A stretch of 64,000 bases of DNA, from NCBI GenBank assembly GCA_902571955.1, contig CACGDZ010000004.1, positions 13,568-77,567 of the forward strand, written 5' to 3'. The notes under the pieces are model-generated. The model did no database searches. It was given only the letters and a program-made list of their open reading frames with translations, and was not told the origin of the DNA. Positions 1 through 9,173 of the stretch are shown here, in pieces. Numbering within the stretch: the stretch's first letter is position 1; every line of letters begins with the position of its first letter. Origin of the DNA: an uncultured Pelagibacteraceae bacterium (GTDB taxonomy: Bacteria > Pseudomonadota > Alphaproteobacteria > Pelagibacterales > Pelagibacteraceae). The translations under genes and the position numbers were made by a program.

Positions 1-2376
1 GTCGTACATTTCACCTAATATATCAACTTGTAATTTGTCGCCCACATTTGAGCAATTTGGTTTAACCATTGCAAGAGCTATTGATTTATCTAATCTAAAT
101 CCAAATTCACCACTCGTTGCTCTTCCAACAACTTTTCCATCTTTAAAAATTGGGTTATTTCCAAGCACATCTGCATCTTTAGTATTATGAACCTCTAAAG
201 TGACCAATTTATTATCAAAACCTTTTTCTCTCCACTTATTAAGTGCCTCTAAACCAATAAAATTTCCTTTATTTGGATGAACAAATCTATCAAGACCAGA
301 CTCGTATGGTGAGTATTCAATTGATAATTCTGTACCAACTAGTTTGTAAGATTTTTCAACTCTTAAACTATTCATAGCCCTAATCCCAAAAGGTTTGATT
401 CCTAAATCTTTTCCTGCTTCCATTAATTTATCAAAAATATGATTTTGATATTCAATTGGGTGATGTAATTCCCAACCAAGCTCACCCACAAAGTTTACTC
501 TCATCGCATTTACTGGAGCATATCCAACATTTACATTTTTAGCAGTTAGCCATTTGAAATTCTCATTAGAGAAATCATCTGTTGAAACCTTTTGCATTAA
601 TTGTCTAGCTTTAGGTCCTGCTACAACTAAAACTCCTGTGCTGTTTGTTAAATCTTCAAATATTACTGATCCATCATCGGGCATCCATTTTTGTATCCAG
701 TCATGATCTAATCTTAAATTTGCTCCAGCAGAAACTAAATAGTAACTATTCTCTGCTTCTTTCATTATCGTAAATTCTGAATGCACTCCACCTTTAGTGT
801 TCAAAGCATGACATAAATTTATCCTTCCAATTTTTTTTGGAAGTTTATTAGCTACCAAATAATCTAAAAATTCTTCAGCTTTCGGGCCCCTAATTCTACA
901 TTTTGCAAATGCAGTCATGTCTAAAAGGCCTACATTTTGTTTTACATTTTGACATTCTTTCTTAATTGCGTCGAACCATTTTGATCTTCTAAATGACCAA
1001 TCATCTTTTTGTTCCATTCCATCTGTTGCAAAAAAATTAGGTCTTTCCCATCCAAACTTCTGACCAAACACAGCGCCTAAATTTTTCATTCGTTCATAAC
1101 AAGGAGCTGTTCTTAGAGGTCTTGCTGCTGGTCTTTCTTCATCTGGATAATGGACAATAAATACATGACTATATGCTTCTTCATTTTTTGCTTTTAAATA
1201 AGATTTAGTTGCATAATTACCGTAACGTCTTGGTTCTACTCCTAACATGTCAATTGTAGGTTCGCCATCAACGATCCACTCAGCTAGTTGCCAACCTGCA
1301 CCACCTGCTGCTGTTATTCCAAAACTATGTCCTTCATTAATCCAAAAATTCTTAAGTCCCCATGCAGGACCAACTATTGGATTACCATCTGGAGTATAAC
1401 AGATTGCTCCATTATAAACTTTCTTTACTCCAACTTCTCCAAATGCAGGAACCCTATGAATTGCTCCTTCTATATGTGGAGCTAATCTGTCTAAGTCTTC
1501 TTGAAATAATTCATATTCAGAATTTTTTGATGGCCCCTCTACATAACAAGCTGGTGCACCATCTTCATAAGGACCTAAAATTAATCCTCCAGCCTCTTCT
1601 CTCATATACCATCTGCTATCACTATCTCTTAAAACTCCCATTTCTGGTAATCCATCTTTTTTTCTTTTTTGAATTGCAGGATGCGGTTCTGTAACAATGT
1701 ATTGATGTTCAACTGGTATTACTGGAATATCTAATCCTACCATTTCACCTGTTTGTCTAGCAAAATTTCCAGAACAAGAAATAACATGTTCGCACTCTAT
1801 TGATCCCTTATCTGTTTCTACAATCCATCCATCTTTAGTTTGTCTCATTGATAGGACAGCTGTGTTTCTATAAATTTCTGCTCCTCTATTTCTTGCACCT
1901 GTTGCTAATGCTTGCGTTAAATCTGCTGGTTGAATATATCCATCTTCGGGGTGTTGTATTGCGCCAACTAAGTCATCTGTATGACATAAAGGCCAGATTT
2001 CTTTTACTTGTTCCGGTTTCAAGAATTTTACATCTACTCCAATAGTTCGAGCAACACCTGCATATTGATGATACTCATCCATTCTATCTTTTGTACTAGC
2101 TAAACGAATATTTGAAACAACGCTAAAGCCAACATTTTTTCCGGTTTCTTCCTCTAATGTTTTATAAAGATTAACTGCATATTTATGTAGTTGTCCTACA
2201 GAATAACTCATATTAAACAAAGGCAATAAACCAGCGGCGTGCCAAGTTGATCCTGAAGTTAACTCTTTTCTCTCAACAAGAACAACATCGGACCAACCTT
2301 TTTTTGCTAAGTGATAAAGAGCACTAACACCTACGACTCCTCCACCAACTACTACAACTTTGGTTTTTGTTTTCAT
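1..2376 (-). CDS. Dimethylglycine dehydrogenase-like FAD/GcvT-family protein (3' end runs off the window)
   Basis: Not in the ORF track because it is truncated. Read manually from ATG at 2376: MKTKTKVVVVGGGVVGVSALYHLAKKGWSDV...ELTSGSTWHAAG (FAD-binding). C-terminal GcvT motifs include RVNFVGELGWELH. Confidence 0.9.
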   Translation of the reverse strand, partial: MKTKTKVVVVGGGVVGVSALYHLAKKGWSDVVLVERKELTSGSTWHAAGLLPLFNMSYSVGQLHKYAVNLYKTLEEETGKNVGFSVVSNIRLASTKDRMDEYHQYAGVARTIGVDVKFLKPEQVKEIWPLCHTDDLVGAIQHPEDGYIQPADLTQALATGARNRGAEIYRNTAVLSMRQTKDGWIVETDKGSIECEHVISCSGNFARQTGEMVGLDIPVIPVEHQYIVTEPHPAIQKRKKDGLPEMGVLRDSDSRWYMREEAGGLILGPYEDGAPACYVEGPSKNSEYELFQEDLDRLAPHIEGAIHRVPAFGEVGVKKVYNGAICYTPDGNPIVGPAWGLKNFWINEGHSFGITAAGGAGWQLAEWIVDGEPTIDMLGVEPRRYGNYATKSYLKAKNEEAYSHVFIVHYPDEERPAARPLRTAPCYERMKNLGAVFGQKFGWERPNFFATDGMEQKDDWSFRRSKWFDAIKKECQNVKQNVGLLDMTAFAKCRIRGPKAEEFLDYLVANKLPKKIGRINLCHALNTKGGVHSEFTIMKEAENSYYLVSAGANLRLDHDWIQKWMPDDGSVIFEDLTNSTGVLVVAGPKARQLMQKVSTDDFSNENFKWLTAKNVNVGYAPVNAMRVNFVGELGWELHHPIEYQNHIFDKLMEAGKDLGIKPFGIRAMNSLRVEKSYKLVGTELSIEYSPYESGLDRFVHPNKGNFIGLEALNKWREKGFDNKLVTLEVHNTKDADVLGNNPIFKDGKVVGRATSGEFGFRLDKSIALAMVKPNCSNVGDKLQVDILGEMYD

Positions 2377-2431
2377 TCAAGGATTCCTACTAAATTTTTA
2401 ATTGTTACGAAACAAAAATGTATGTTTAAAA

Positions 2432-2893
2432 TCAAATTGAGCTTCCTAGAGGGATCGGGCTAGATACCATTGTAGTTAACCAACAGTCTTTTAAATTTCC
2501 ATCCAAAGTATACTTTTCAACTTGCCAATTAAACTTGTGATAAATCTTGTTTTTATCAAGAATGATTACCTCAAATTGTGCCCATTTGTCACTACTTCCA
2601 AGCTCAGTAATTGTATGACTTAAGTGATTTATCATCATCCCATAAGAGTCACTTTTTAACATCATCTTAAAATTGCTTAATGGTCCTGTAACTCTCTTGT
2701 TATTTGGGTGAGCAAATTTCCATGTTTGTTCAATTCCACTATCTTTAAATTTAGAGTCATTTTGTTGAAGCCCATTAAGTTGAATCTTTATAACTTCTCT
2801 CGGTTTAATATTGCTATTTGGATTTAATAGTTCAGCGTTTGAAAAATTCGAAGTTATCAATAATAAAATTAATACTTTAAAAATAGTTTTCAT
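2432..2893 (-). CDS. Exported hypothetical protein (DUF4864-like)
   Basis: Signal-peptide-like N-terminus ending SNA. The IKIQLNGLQ..D, FAHP and GP...F..M pattern resembles DUF4864. Confidence 0.55.
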   Translation of the reverse strand: MKTIFKVLILLLITSNFSNAELLNPNSNIKPREVIKIQLNGLQQNDSKFKDSGIEQTWKFAHPNNKRVTGPLSNFKMMLKSDSYGMMINHLSHTITELGSSDKWAQFEVIILDKNKIYHKFNWQVEKYTLDGNLKDCWLTTMVSSPIPLGSSI

Positions 2894-2902
2894 TTAAAAT
2901 AA

Positions 2903-4513
2903 TTACTCAGATGTTTTGTATTTACTGTTATTGATAATAATTACAAATAATATTGGAAGAATTAATGTCAAAAGTGTCACAACAATTAATAAAATCCCTA
3001 GTTCAGAATAATCTGCTGTTGTTTGGATTTCACCTGAAACTTTATCTTTTACTTCTCTTGTAACAGTAAAGATTTCATTTAAATACTTAGTTCCTAGTGC
3101 ACTTGCTGATAACGCAAGATTTGTAAAGGATGCAAAAACTGCAAAAAAAGTTGCTTTTAAATGTGCTGGAGCATTTTTTGCTATCCATGCCAAAAGAGGA
3201 ATCATTGAAACTTGTCCCAAAGGGGATTCGAGAGCTGTGTTTATTAATGCAATGAACTTAGCATCTACTACGCCACTTGTTAATGAAGCTGTCCAATTAT
3301 GAAAACCATAATACATTCCAACACTTGGTAAAAACAAAATTGCTCCTGCAATGCTTAAAACAACAATTATTTTAGCAATTGAATTATTTGCCATAAACGG
3401 TCTTAATAAAACAATACCAGCTAATGTTAAAATTGATGCAAGTAATGAGAGGACAGAAAAAAACTGCTCATTAAATCCAAGCTCATCAATTTCAAACCAT
3501 GTCAATCCTGGTCCAGGTCCAGGCATAGCTCTAAATATAAAAATAATAACTGCTGTACCTACAATAGTTAATCTTAATTCTTGAGGTAATTCCTTAATAA
3601 GCTTAAACATTAAAAACAAAATAATTATAACAGAACCTATAAAAACAATTTCTTGTGCAAACGGTACTTTAAATGAACCAATAGATAATGTGAAAATAAC
3701 AAAAACTAAACTACCTCCTAATATCCACCAATTAATTTTTGTTTTCTCGTTACCTCTTTCTTCTTTAAATTCTAACCCCTTAGATTTTAAAGTTTGTATT
3801 TTTTTATATCTTAAATAATTGGCTAAAATTACACCTAGTATAGAAACCAAAGGTATTACAAGAGCATAAATATAAATAGTTCCGTATAAATTTATTTTAT
3901 CAGCCTGCTCAAGGCCTTCCACATCTCTAAACAAAATTACATTAACTAATGCAACAAGTACTGTACCACCAATAATGGCAAACCTTCCAAGTGTCTGCAT
4001 TGTTGTATGCATTAATTTTATTTGATCTTTAGAATAATCATTTCCTGTTTCATCAACCAAAGGAACTGCCTCAACTGTCATAGCATCAGCTACAACATCC
4101 TGAACCACGTAACCAACTGGAGCTAAAATCACACTTATTACAAACCATGTCTCTACCGAAAAAATTTCAGACATATCTTCTGTATGAATAATTAACCCAT
4201 ACATAATCAGCAAACTAAGAGCTATCAATGAAGCTCCAAAGTAAACCATGTAATTTTTTCTTTCCCAAATTAGATCTACTAGATGACCTAATGGCATTTT
4301 CAATGCCCAAGGAATTCCTGCCCAAAAACCTAAGCCTGCTAAAAATGCAGCAGACAAATTCAAATAATCTTTTACAAAGAACGTGCCAACAATACCTGTT
4401 AAACCAGATATACCGGCAGCCATATAGACCATTAATGGTGGCAAGTAAGTCCACTTAAATTGTCGACCCAAGTCTAAAAAAGTACTATCTAAAAACTTAA
4501 TTACTTTGTTCAT
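2903..4513 (-). CDS. BT1/folate-biopterin family MFS transporter
   Basis: Multiple TM helices; PWALKMPLG and DVVADAMTVE motifs typical of the BT1/FBT family. Confidence 0.75.
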   Translation of the reverse strand: MNKVIKFLDSTFLDLGRQFKWTYLPPLMVYMAAGISGLTGIVGTFFVKDYLNLSAAFLAGLGFWAGIPWALKMPLGHLVDLIWERKNYMVYFGASLIALSLLIMYGLIIHTEDMSEIFSVETWFVISVILAPVGYVVQDVVADAMTVEAVPLVDETGNDYSKDQIKLMHTTMQTLGRFAIIGGTVLVALVNVILFRDVEGLEQADKINLYGTIYIYALVIPLVSILGVILANYLRYKKIQTLKSKGLEFKEERGNEKTKINWWILGGSLVFVIFTLSIGSFKVPFAQEIVFIGSVIIILFLMFKLIKELPQELRLTIVGTAVIIFIFRAMPGPGPGLTWFEIDELGFNEQFFSVLSLLASILTLAGIVLLRPFMANNSIAKIIVVLSIAGAILFLPSVGMYYGFHNWTASLTSGVVDAKFIALINTALESPLGQVSMIPLLAWIAKNAPAHLKATFFAVFASFTNLALSASALGTKYLNEIFTVTREVKDKVSGEIQTTADYSELGILLIVVTLLTLILPILFVIIINNSKYKTSE

Positions 4514-4947
4514 TAGTCACTCAACACTGGAAACGCCTGTCTAACTTTCAGAAAATATTTTTGATATTCCATTTTAGTACATTTGTTTTCAACATACTTA
4601 ATATCATTTTTTTCCATCAAATCTTTTGCCTTTTCGTCTCGTATACCAAGCTGTAACCATAAAACTTTAGCCCCAATTTTAACTGTATCTTCTGCTATAG
4701 CATAGACTTCTTTAGATGGTCTAAAAACATCTACGATATCAATCTTATCTTTAATATCTGATATTTTAGCAAAAACCTCTTGCCCTAAAATTTTTTGACC
4801 CTTGGCTTTAGGGTTTACTGGATGAACTTTATATCCATATTCTTGCATGTATTTCATTACAATAGTTGAAGCTTTTTTGGGATCATTGCTTACTCCTACC
4901 ATAGCAATAGTTTTATATTTTGTAAGAATTTCTCTTATATCACTCAT
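4513..4947 (-). CDS. CoA-binding protein (YccU-like)
   Basis: TIAMVGVS, PVNP, DIVDVFRPS and WLQLG motifs. Confidence 0.9.
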   Translation of the reverse strand: MSDIREILTKYKTIAMVGVSNDPKKASTIVMKYMQEYGYKVHPVNPKAKGQKILGQEVFAKISDIKDKIDIVDVFRPSKEVYAIAEDTVKIGAKVLWLQLGIRDEKAKDLMEKNDIKYVENKCTKMEYQKYFLKVRQAFPVLSD

Positions 4948-5129
4948 TAATTATTTTTGATCTGTTTCTCACAAAATATTCTAGCTTCAGAAGCAGTCAT
5001 TGGTTTTTCTAATGTTTTGCTTCCAGCCACACAAGCTTCAATCGCTCTTTTTTGATTATGATCTTTAAAATTATAAATTACTAATACACCAATAATAATA
5101 AAAACTACTATTAAAATATTTTTTATCAC
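4947..5129 (-). CDS. Small membrane-anchored protein with two Cys
   Basis: N-terminal hydrophobic helix; 1-nt start/stop overlaps with both neighbours. Confidence 0.65.
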   Translation of the reverse strand: MIKNILIVVFIIIGVLVIYNFKDHNQKRAIEACVAGSKTLEKPMTASEARIFCEKQIKNN

Positions 5130-5908
5130 TATTTATTTTTCCAATTTGGTTTTCTTTTTTCTAGAAAAGCAGTAATTCCTTCTTTAGCATCCATCGCCAT
5201 CATATTAAGCGTCATCATTTTGCTTGTATAAGCATAAGCTTTTTTTAAAGGCATTTCTAATTGTTTGTAAAAAGCTTGTTTTCCAATTTTTATTGTTAGA
5301 TTAGATTTGGAAGCAATTTTATTTGCTACTTTGATTACTTCTTTATTCAATTTTGTTTTTGAAAAGAAATCATTAATTAAACCTATTTCTTTAGCATAAT
5401 CCGCACTGATAGGTTCTCCTGTTAACAACATTTTCATCATTGGTTTTCGATTTATTTTTCTACTAACAGCAACCATAGGTGTGCTACAAAATAAGCCAAT
5501 ATTTACACCAGGAGTAGCGAAAAATGCATCTTTAGTGCTGTATGCTAAATCGCAACTTGCAACTAATTGACAACCTGCTGCAAATGCTGCTCCATGAACT
5601 TTAGCAATTACAGGTTTTCTGCCTTCAACTATCTGTAGCATTACTTTTGAACAAAGATTAAATAATTTTAAATATTTGTTTCTCTTTTTTAAACCTCTCA
5701 CCTCTTTTAAATTATGTCCTGCACTAAATCCTTTACTTGCGCCCTCTAATATTATTACTTTTACTTTTTTATCAGTATCTAATTTTTTCAAAGCTTTTAA
5801 TAAATCTGAAAGATTTTTGAATGATAAAGAGTTATAAGTTTTTGGTTCATCAATGGTAATTGATGAAACTTGATTGTTAATTTTTTTAATTTTAATGTTA
5901 CTAGTCAT
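5129..5908 (-). CDS. Enoyl-CoA hydratase/isomerase (crotonase family)
   Basis: FSAGHNL, PVIAKVHGAAFAAGCQL and FATPG motifs; C-terminal EGITAFLEKRKP. Confidence 0.9.
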   Translation of the reverse strand: MTSNIKIKKINNQVSSITIDEPKTYNSLSFKNLSDLLKALKKLDTDKKVKVIILEGASKGFSAGHNLKEVRGLKKRNKYLKLFNLCSKVMLQIVEGRKPVIAKVHGAAFAAGCQLVASCDLAYSTKDAFFATPGVNIGLFCSTPMVAVSRKINRKPMMKMLLTGEPISADYAKEIGLINDFFSKTKLNKEVIKVANKIASKSNLTIKIGKQAFYKQLEMPLKKAYAYTSKMMTLNMMAMDAKEGITAFLEKRKPNWKNK

Positions 5909-6760
5909 TTAATCAGTTAATCCATCGGATCTAGCCTGATTTCTTTCTATATGAATTGGTAAAACTTTACCATAAATAGCTTTCGAGTGCTCTGGAGTGT
6001 TAACTCTCCATGGATCTAAAACATAAGCTGGAATGCACATATATCTTGATTTTTGTCCTTCAACTTTTGTTACTCTATGCAAAGTAAATCTACCTTTAAA
6101 TATTTGTAAATCTCCTGGTTCCAACTTTAATTGTCTTACTCTAGTTCTGTCTCCTGCTATAACTTTTTGAACTTCCTCAAAATTTTCTTTTCCAGGACCT
6201 CTGATATTTGGACAATATTCAAATACACCTCCCTTATCAGGTTTTTGTATCATTAAACTAAGTGTAAATTCACAACTATCAAAATGCCATGGGAGAACTC
6301 CATCTGGTTTCATAACATTATACGCATGACATGCTAAAGGATCTGCCCATCTGTAAATAGGTGAAATGCCTAAACATGCAGATACAAATTTTAAAAGTTC
6401 CTCAGTTTGGTAAAGATATTTCATCTCGGAGTCTTTTGAAAAACAATCTGAATTTAAGTACCCATTATATCTATTCATAAAAGTTCTTTTTGGATGATCT
6501 TTTGGTAATGAAGGATCGTCCTTTGCATATAAGTATGCATTTATACTTTCTTTAGACATGTAAACTTTGTCTAATTGTTCCTCTAACTCCTGATTCATTA
6601 CATTGAGTGCATTGGGAACAATAAAATTTGGAATTGTTGAACAACTATATTGATTAAGTTCTTCTTTACAATTTTTAATTAGATTTTTAATTATTGGTGA
6701 ATTTAAATTGTGTATTGGATATTTATCTAAATCTACAATAGTCTTGAGTCTATCGTTCAT
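5909..6760 (-). CDS. Fe(II)/2-oxoglutarate oxygenase, BesD/HalD-like fold, hydroxylase-type HxD
   Basis: WHFD...GGVFEY.PN...L.PGDL..FKG..TLHRVT.V...R gives the HxD...H triad and the 2OG-binding Arg. Confidence 0.75.
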   Translation of the reverse strand: MNDRLKTIVDLDKYPIHNLNSPIIKNLIKNCKEELNQYSCSTIPNFIVPNALNVMNQELEEQLDKVYMSKESINAYLYAKDDPSLPKDHPKRTFMNRYNGYLNSDCFSKDSEMKYLYQTEELLKFVSACLGISPIYRWADPLACHAYNVMKPDGVLPWHFDSCEFTLSLMIQKPDKGGVFEYCPNIRGPGKENFEEVQKVIAGDRTRVRQLKLEPGDLQIFKGRFTLHRVTKVEGQKSRYMCIPAYVLDPWRVNTPEHSKAIYGKVLPIHIERNQARSDGLTD

Positions 6761-6766
6761 TTAAGT

Positions 6767-7141
6767 TTATTTTAACTTTCCCTCTTCTCTCATTTTTGCC
6801 CTTATCTTGGTAGCCGATATTTTTTGAGTCTCTTCGTCCAAAACTATTTCTTCAATCTTATATCCGACTCCCCTACCATAACAAATATTTGTAATATTAG
6901 GCACTAACATTATTTTAAATTGCCCTTCAAATTCAGGATTTAATCTGTCTTCAATGTTTTTTTTTACTGTTTCAAAATCAAAAGGATTGTCATCTACACC
7001 TTGCACATCTCTAATTTGAATACAAACTTGTCCTGTTTTTTTAATAATTTCTTTAAACAAAGTATAGTGTCCATCGTGAAAAGGTTGCCATCTTCCTAGC
7101 ATTTGTGCTGTTGGTTTTTTGTTATCCCATTGATGTGTCAT
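6767..7141 (-). CDS. Small HxGH (cytidylyltransferase-like) nucleotidyltransferase
   Basis: GRWQPFHDGH and ISATKIR motifs. The ATG at 7141 overlaps the upstream TGA (ATGA), so it is preferred over the 7174 start. Confidence 0.75.
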   Translation of the reverse strand: MTHQWDNKKPTAQMLGRWQPFHDGHYTLFKEIIKKTGQVCIQIRDVQGVDDNPFDFETVKKNIEDRLNPEFEGQFKIMLVPNITNICYGRGVGYKIEEIVLDEETQKISATKIRAKMREEGKLK

Positions 7142-7548
7142 TTTTTTATCTCCTCTATTATTTTTGGTGCCCAATATTTTGCATCCTGAGTTGTCACATG
7201 AAAATCAAAATTCTTAGGATTAACAAACATTTGATTAGTGTCTTCAAATCTTCCTGCTTTAATTGTGTCTACCCATACTCTAAAATCTGATGGAAACAAG
7301 CTTCTTGCTTTAGGTGTTGGTGCAATGAAATCTGCAATTACATAATGACCTTCTGCTTTAATTTTCAAAGCTGCTTCAGCCATCCTTTTTGCTTGTCTTA
7401 CTCTTCCCTCTTCAGAAAAATCCCAATCATTTGAAGCTTTTCTTACTTCATCGGCGTTTAATCTTTTTGCATTTAAAAGGGGTGCCATTTCGTTTGCCAA
7501 AGTTGTTTTGCCAGCTCCTGGTAACCCCATTACTAAAATAATTTTCAT
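7138..7548 (-). CDS. Minimal adenylyl-sulfate-kinase-like P-loop kinase
   Basis: GLPGAGKTTLA, NADEVR, DFSEEGR and IADFIAP resemble the CysC N-terminal core; only 136 aa. Confidence 0.7.
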   Translation of the reverse strand: MKIILVMGLPGAGKTTLANEMAPLLNAKRLNADEVRKASNDWDFSEEGRVRQAKRMAEAALKIKAEGHYVIADFIAPTPKARSLFPSDFRVWVDTIKAGRFEDTNQMFVNPKNFDFHVTTQDAKYWAPKIIEEIKK

Positions 7549-8783
7549 TAAATATCTTCTAATGGATGATGGGACATCAATTCGAGCCCATTTTCACCAA
7601 TTAAGTATTGTTGTTCAAGTTTGACACCTTCTTTGTCCCCAACTTTACCAATATAACTCTCAAGTGTAATTGTCATATTCTTTTCAAAAGTTCCACCCTC
7701 TTCACCTCCATCTGTCGGGTATCTTATTTGAGGCCACTCATCACACAATCCAATTCCATGAACCATACAAGAATATCTATTACCATAATACTCCTCTGGA
7801 AGTACCCAAGATTTATTTATAAATTCTTTAAAGCTCATCCCTGGTTTTATAAGTCTATAATTGTGATCTATTTGGTCTCTAGCCATTGCATAAATTTTTT
7901 TTTGATTATCATCAAATTTATTTCCAACAACAAAAGTTCTTGATATATCTGCGCAATATCCATAGGGACCAACCATATCTGTGTCAAAAGCAACAATTTC
8001 TCCTTGTTGCATAACTTTATTACTACTCTCTTGCATCCATGGATTCGTTCTTTCTCCTGAAGATAAAATTCTACACTCAATCCATTCACCACCATTTTCA
8101 ATATTTGTTTTATGTAAAATTGACCACAATTCATCCTCTGTCATACCTGCCTTAAGATCTGATCTCATTTTTGATACACCTTTTTCTGCAACTTCTATTG
8201 CTGCTTTCATGCAGGTTAATTCATCAGGTGACTTAATTACTCTTGCTTGTTCTAAAATAAATTTTGCATCTACAACTTCGATACCCTCTTTATTTAAAGC
8301 TGCAACCGCAGGACCATTTAATACATCAATTGCAATTTTTTTTGATTTAAAATAATTTTTGGATAAATCTTTAACCTCATTTATCCATTTCAATAATTGT
8401 AAATTTGCCTGATCTCCATTACTGAAGTAGTCCCATGTGATTGCAGGTCTTATTTCATCAATTAGATTTAAATGTTTAGATAAAATTTCACAATTAAAAT
8501 ATTCATAAAGAATATTTGGTCCATTAACTGGAACAAAACAATATCTTGTTAAATTATGCATATTATAGACACTCATGTTTACAGTATCTAAAGCATAGCG
8601 AACATTCACCGGATCAAATAAAATACATGCTTCTAAATTATTTTTTTGTAATTCTTTTTTTACTCGATCTAACCGATATGATCTTAGTTTATCAAAATTA
8701 ATTTGATCCTCTCTTAATCTTTTTTTTGATATAAAATTTTGTTTTGGTTTTATCTCTGGAGCTATTTTTCTTTTAAATTTCAT
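7548..8783 (-). CDS. M24 metallopeptidase-fold protein, DddP (DMSP lyase)-like
   Basis: LFDPVNVRYA, FDTDMVGPYGYCADISR, YSCMVHGIGLCDEWP, ESYIG and KLEQQ match the DddP subfamily metal-site pattern. Confidence 0.7.
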   Translation of the reverse strand: MKFKRKIAPEIKPKQNFISKKRLREDQINFDKLRSYRLDRVKKELQKNNLEACILFDPVNVRYALDTVNMSVYNMHNLTRYCFVPVNGPNILYEYFNCEILSKHLNLIDEIRPAITWDYFSNGDQANLQLLKWINEVKDLSKNYFKSKKIAIDVLNGPAVAALNKEGIEVVDAKFILEQARVIKSPDELTCMKAAIEVAEKGVSKMRSDLKAGMTEDELWSILHKTNIENGGEWIECRILSSGERTNPWMQESSNKVMQQGEIVAFDTDMVGPYGYCADISRTFVVGNKFDDNQKKIYAMARDQIDHNYRLIKPGMSFKEFINKSWVLPEEYYGNRYSCMVHGIGLCDEWPQIRYPTDGGEEGGTFEKNMTITLESYIGKVGDKEGVKLEQQYLIGENGLELMSHHPLEDI

Positions 8784-8801
8784 AGTTTGGCAAACAATAT
8801 A

Positions 8802-9173
8802 TCAAAATTCATAAAATGTATATTTTGCTAAGATTTCTTCACCAGGTTCAATGTCTTTTAATGAAACTAAATAAAAGTACTTTAAATTATTATTATTTTT
8901 ATCTTCCAGCGTCTCTTTAATGTTTTCTTCAATATTCTGACCAAAGTCATATTTAGGAAGTGTATCTGATGATAATTTAATAACATTTGGATTTTTTGAG
9001 TGATTATAGAAACCACCAAGAGGTGTTCTTATATAGTTGTCTTGGAAATCAATGTTTTTCACATGTGTAATCCCTATAAAAGAATTTTTTTCAATTTTAG
9101 TTTTGGAAAATAATCCCAAGCCATCAATTTTAGATTCTTTTATCGTAAGATATGAGGGTAAAGGTCTATACAT
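8802..9173 (-). CDS. Minimal SET-domain protein
   Basis: GLGLF, FYNHS..PN and DI..GEEI...Y SET signature motifs. Confidence 0.8.
   Translation of the reverse strand: MYRPLPSYLTIKESKIDGLGLFSKTKIEKNSFIGITHVKNIDFQDNYIRTPLGGFYNHSKNPNVIKLSSDTLPKYDFGQNIEENIKETLEDKNNNNLKYFYLVSLKDIEPGEEILAKYTFYEF

Noticed and set aside
5909-6760. Radical amino-acid halogenase call
   Set aside because: The motif is HxD rather than HxG/A, so the halide coordination site is occupied.
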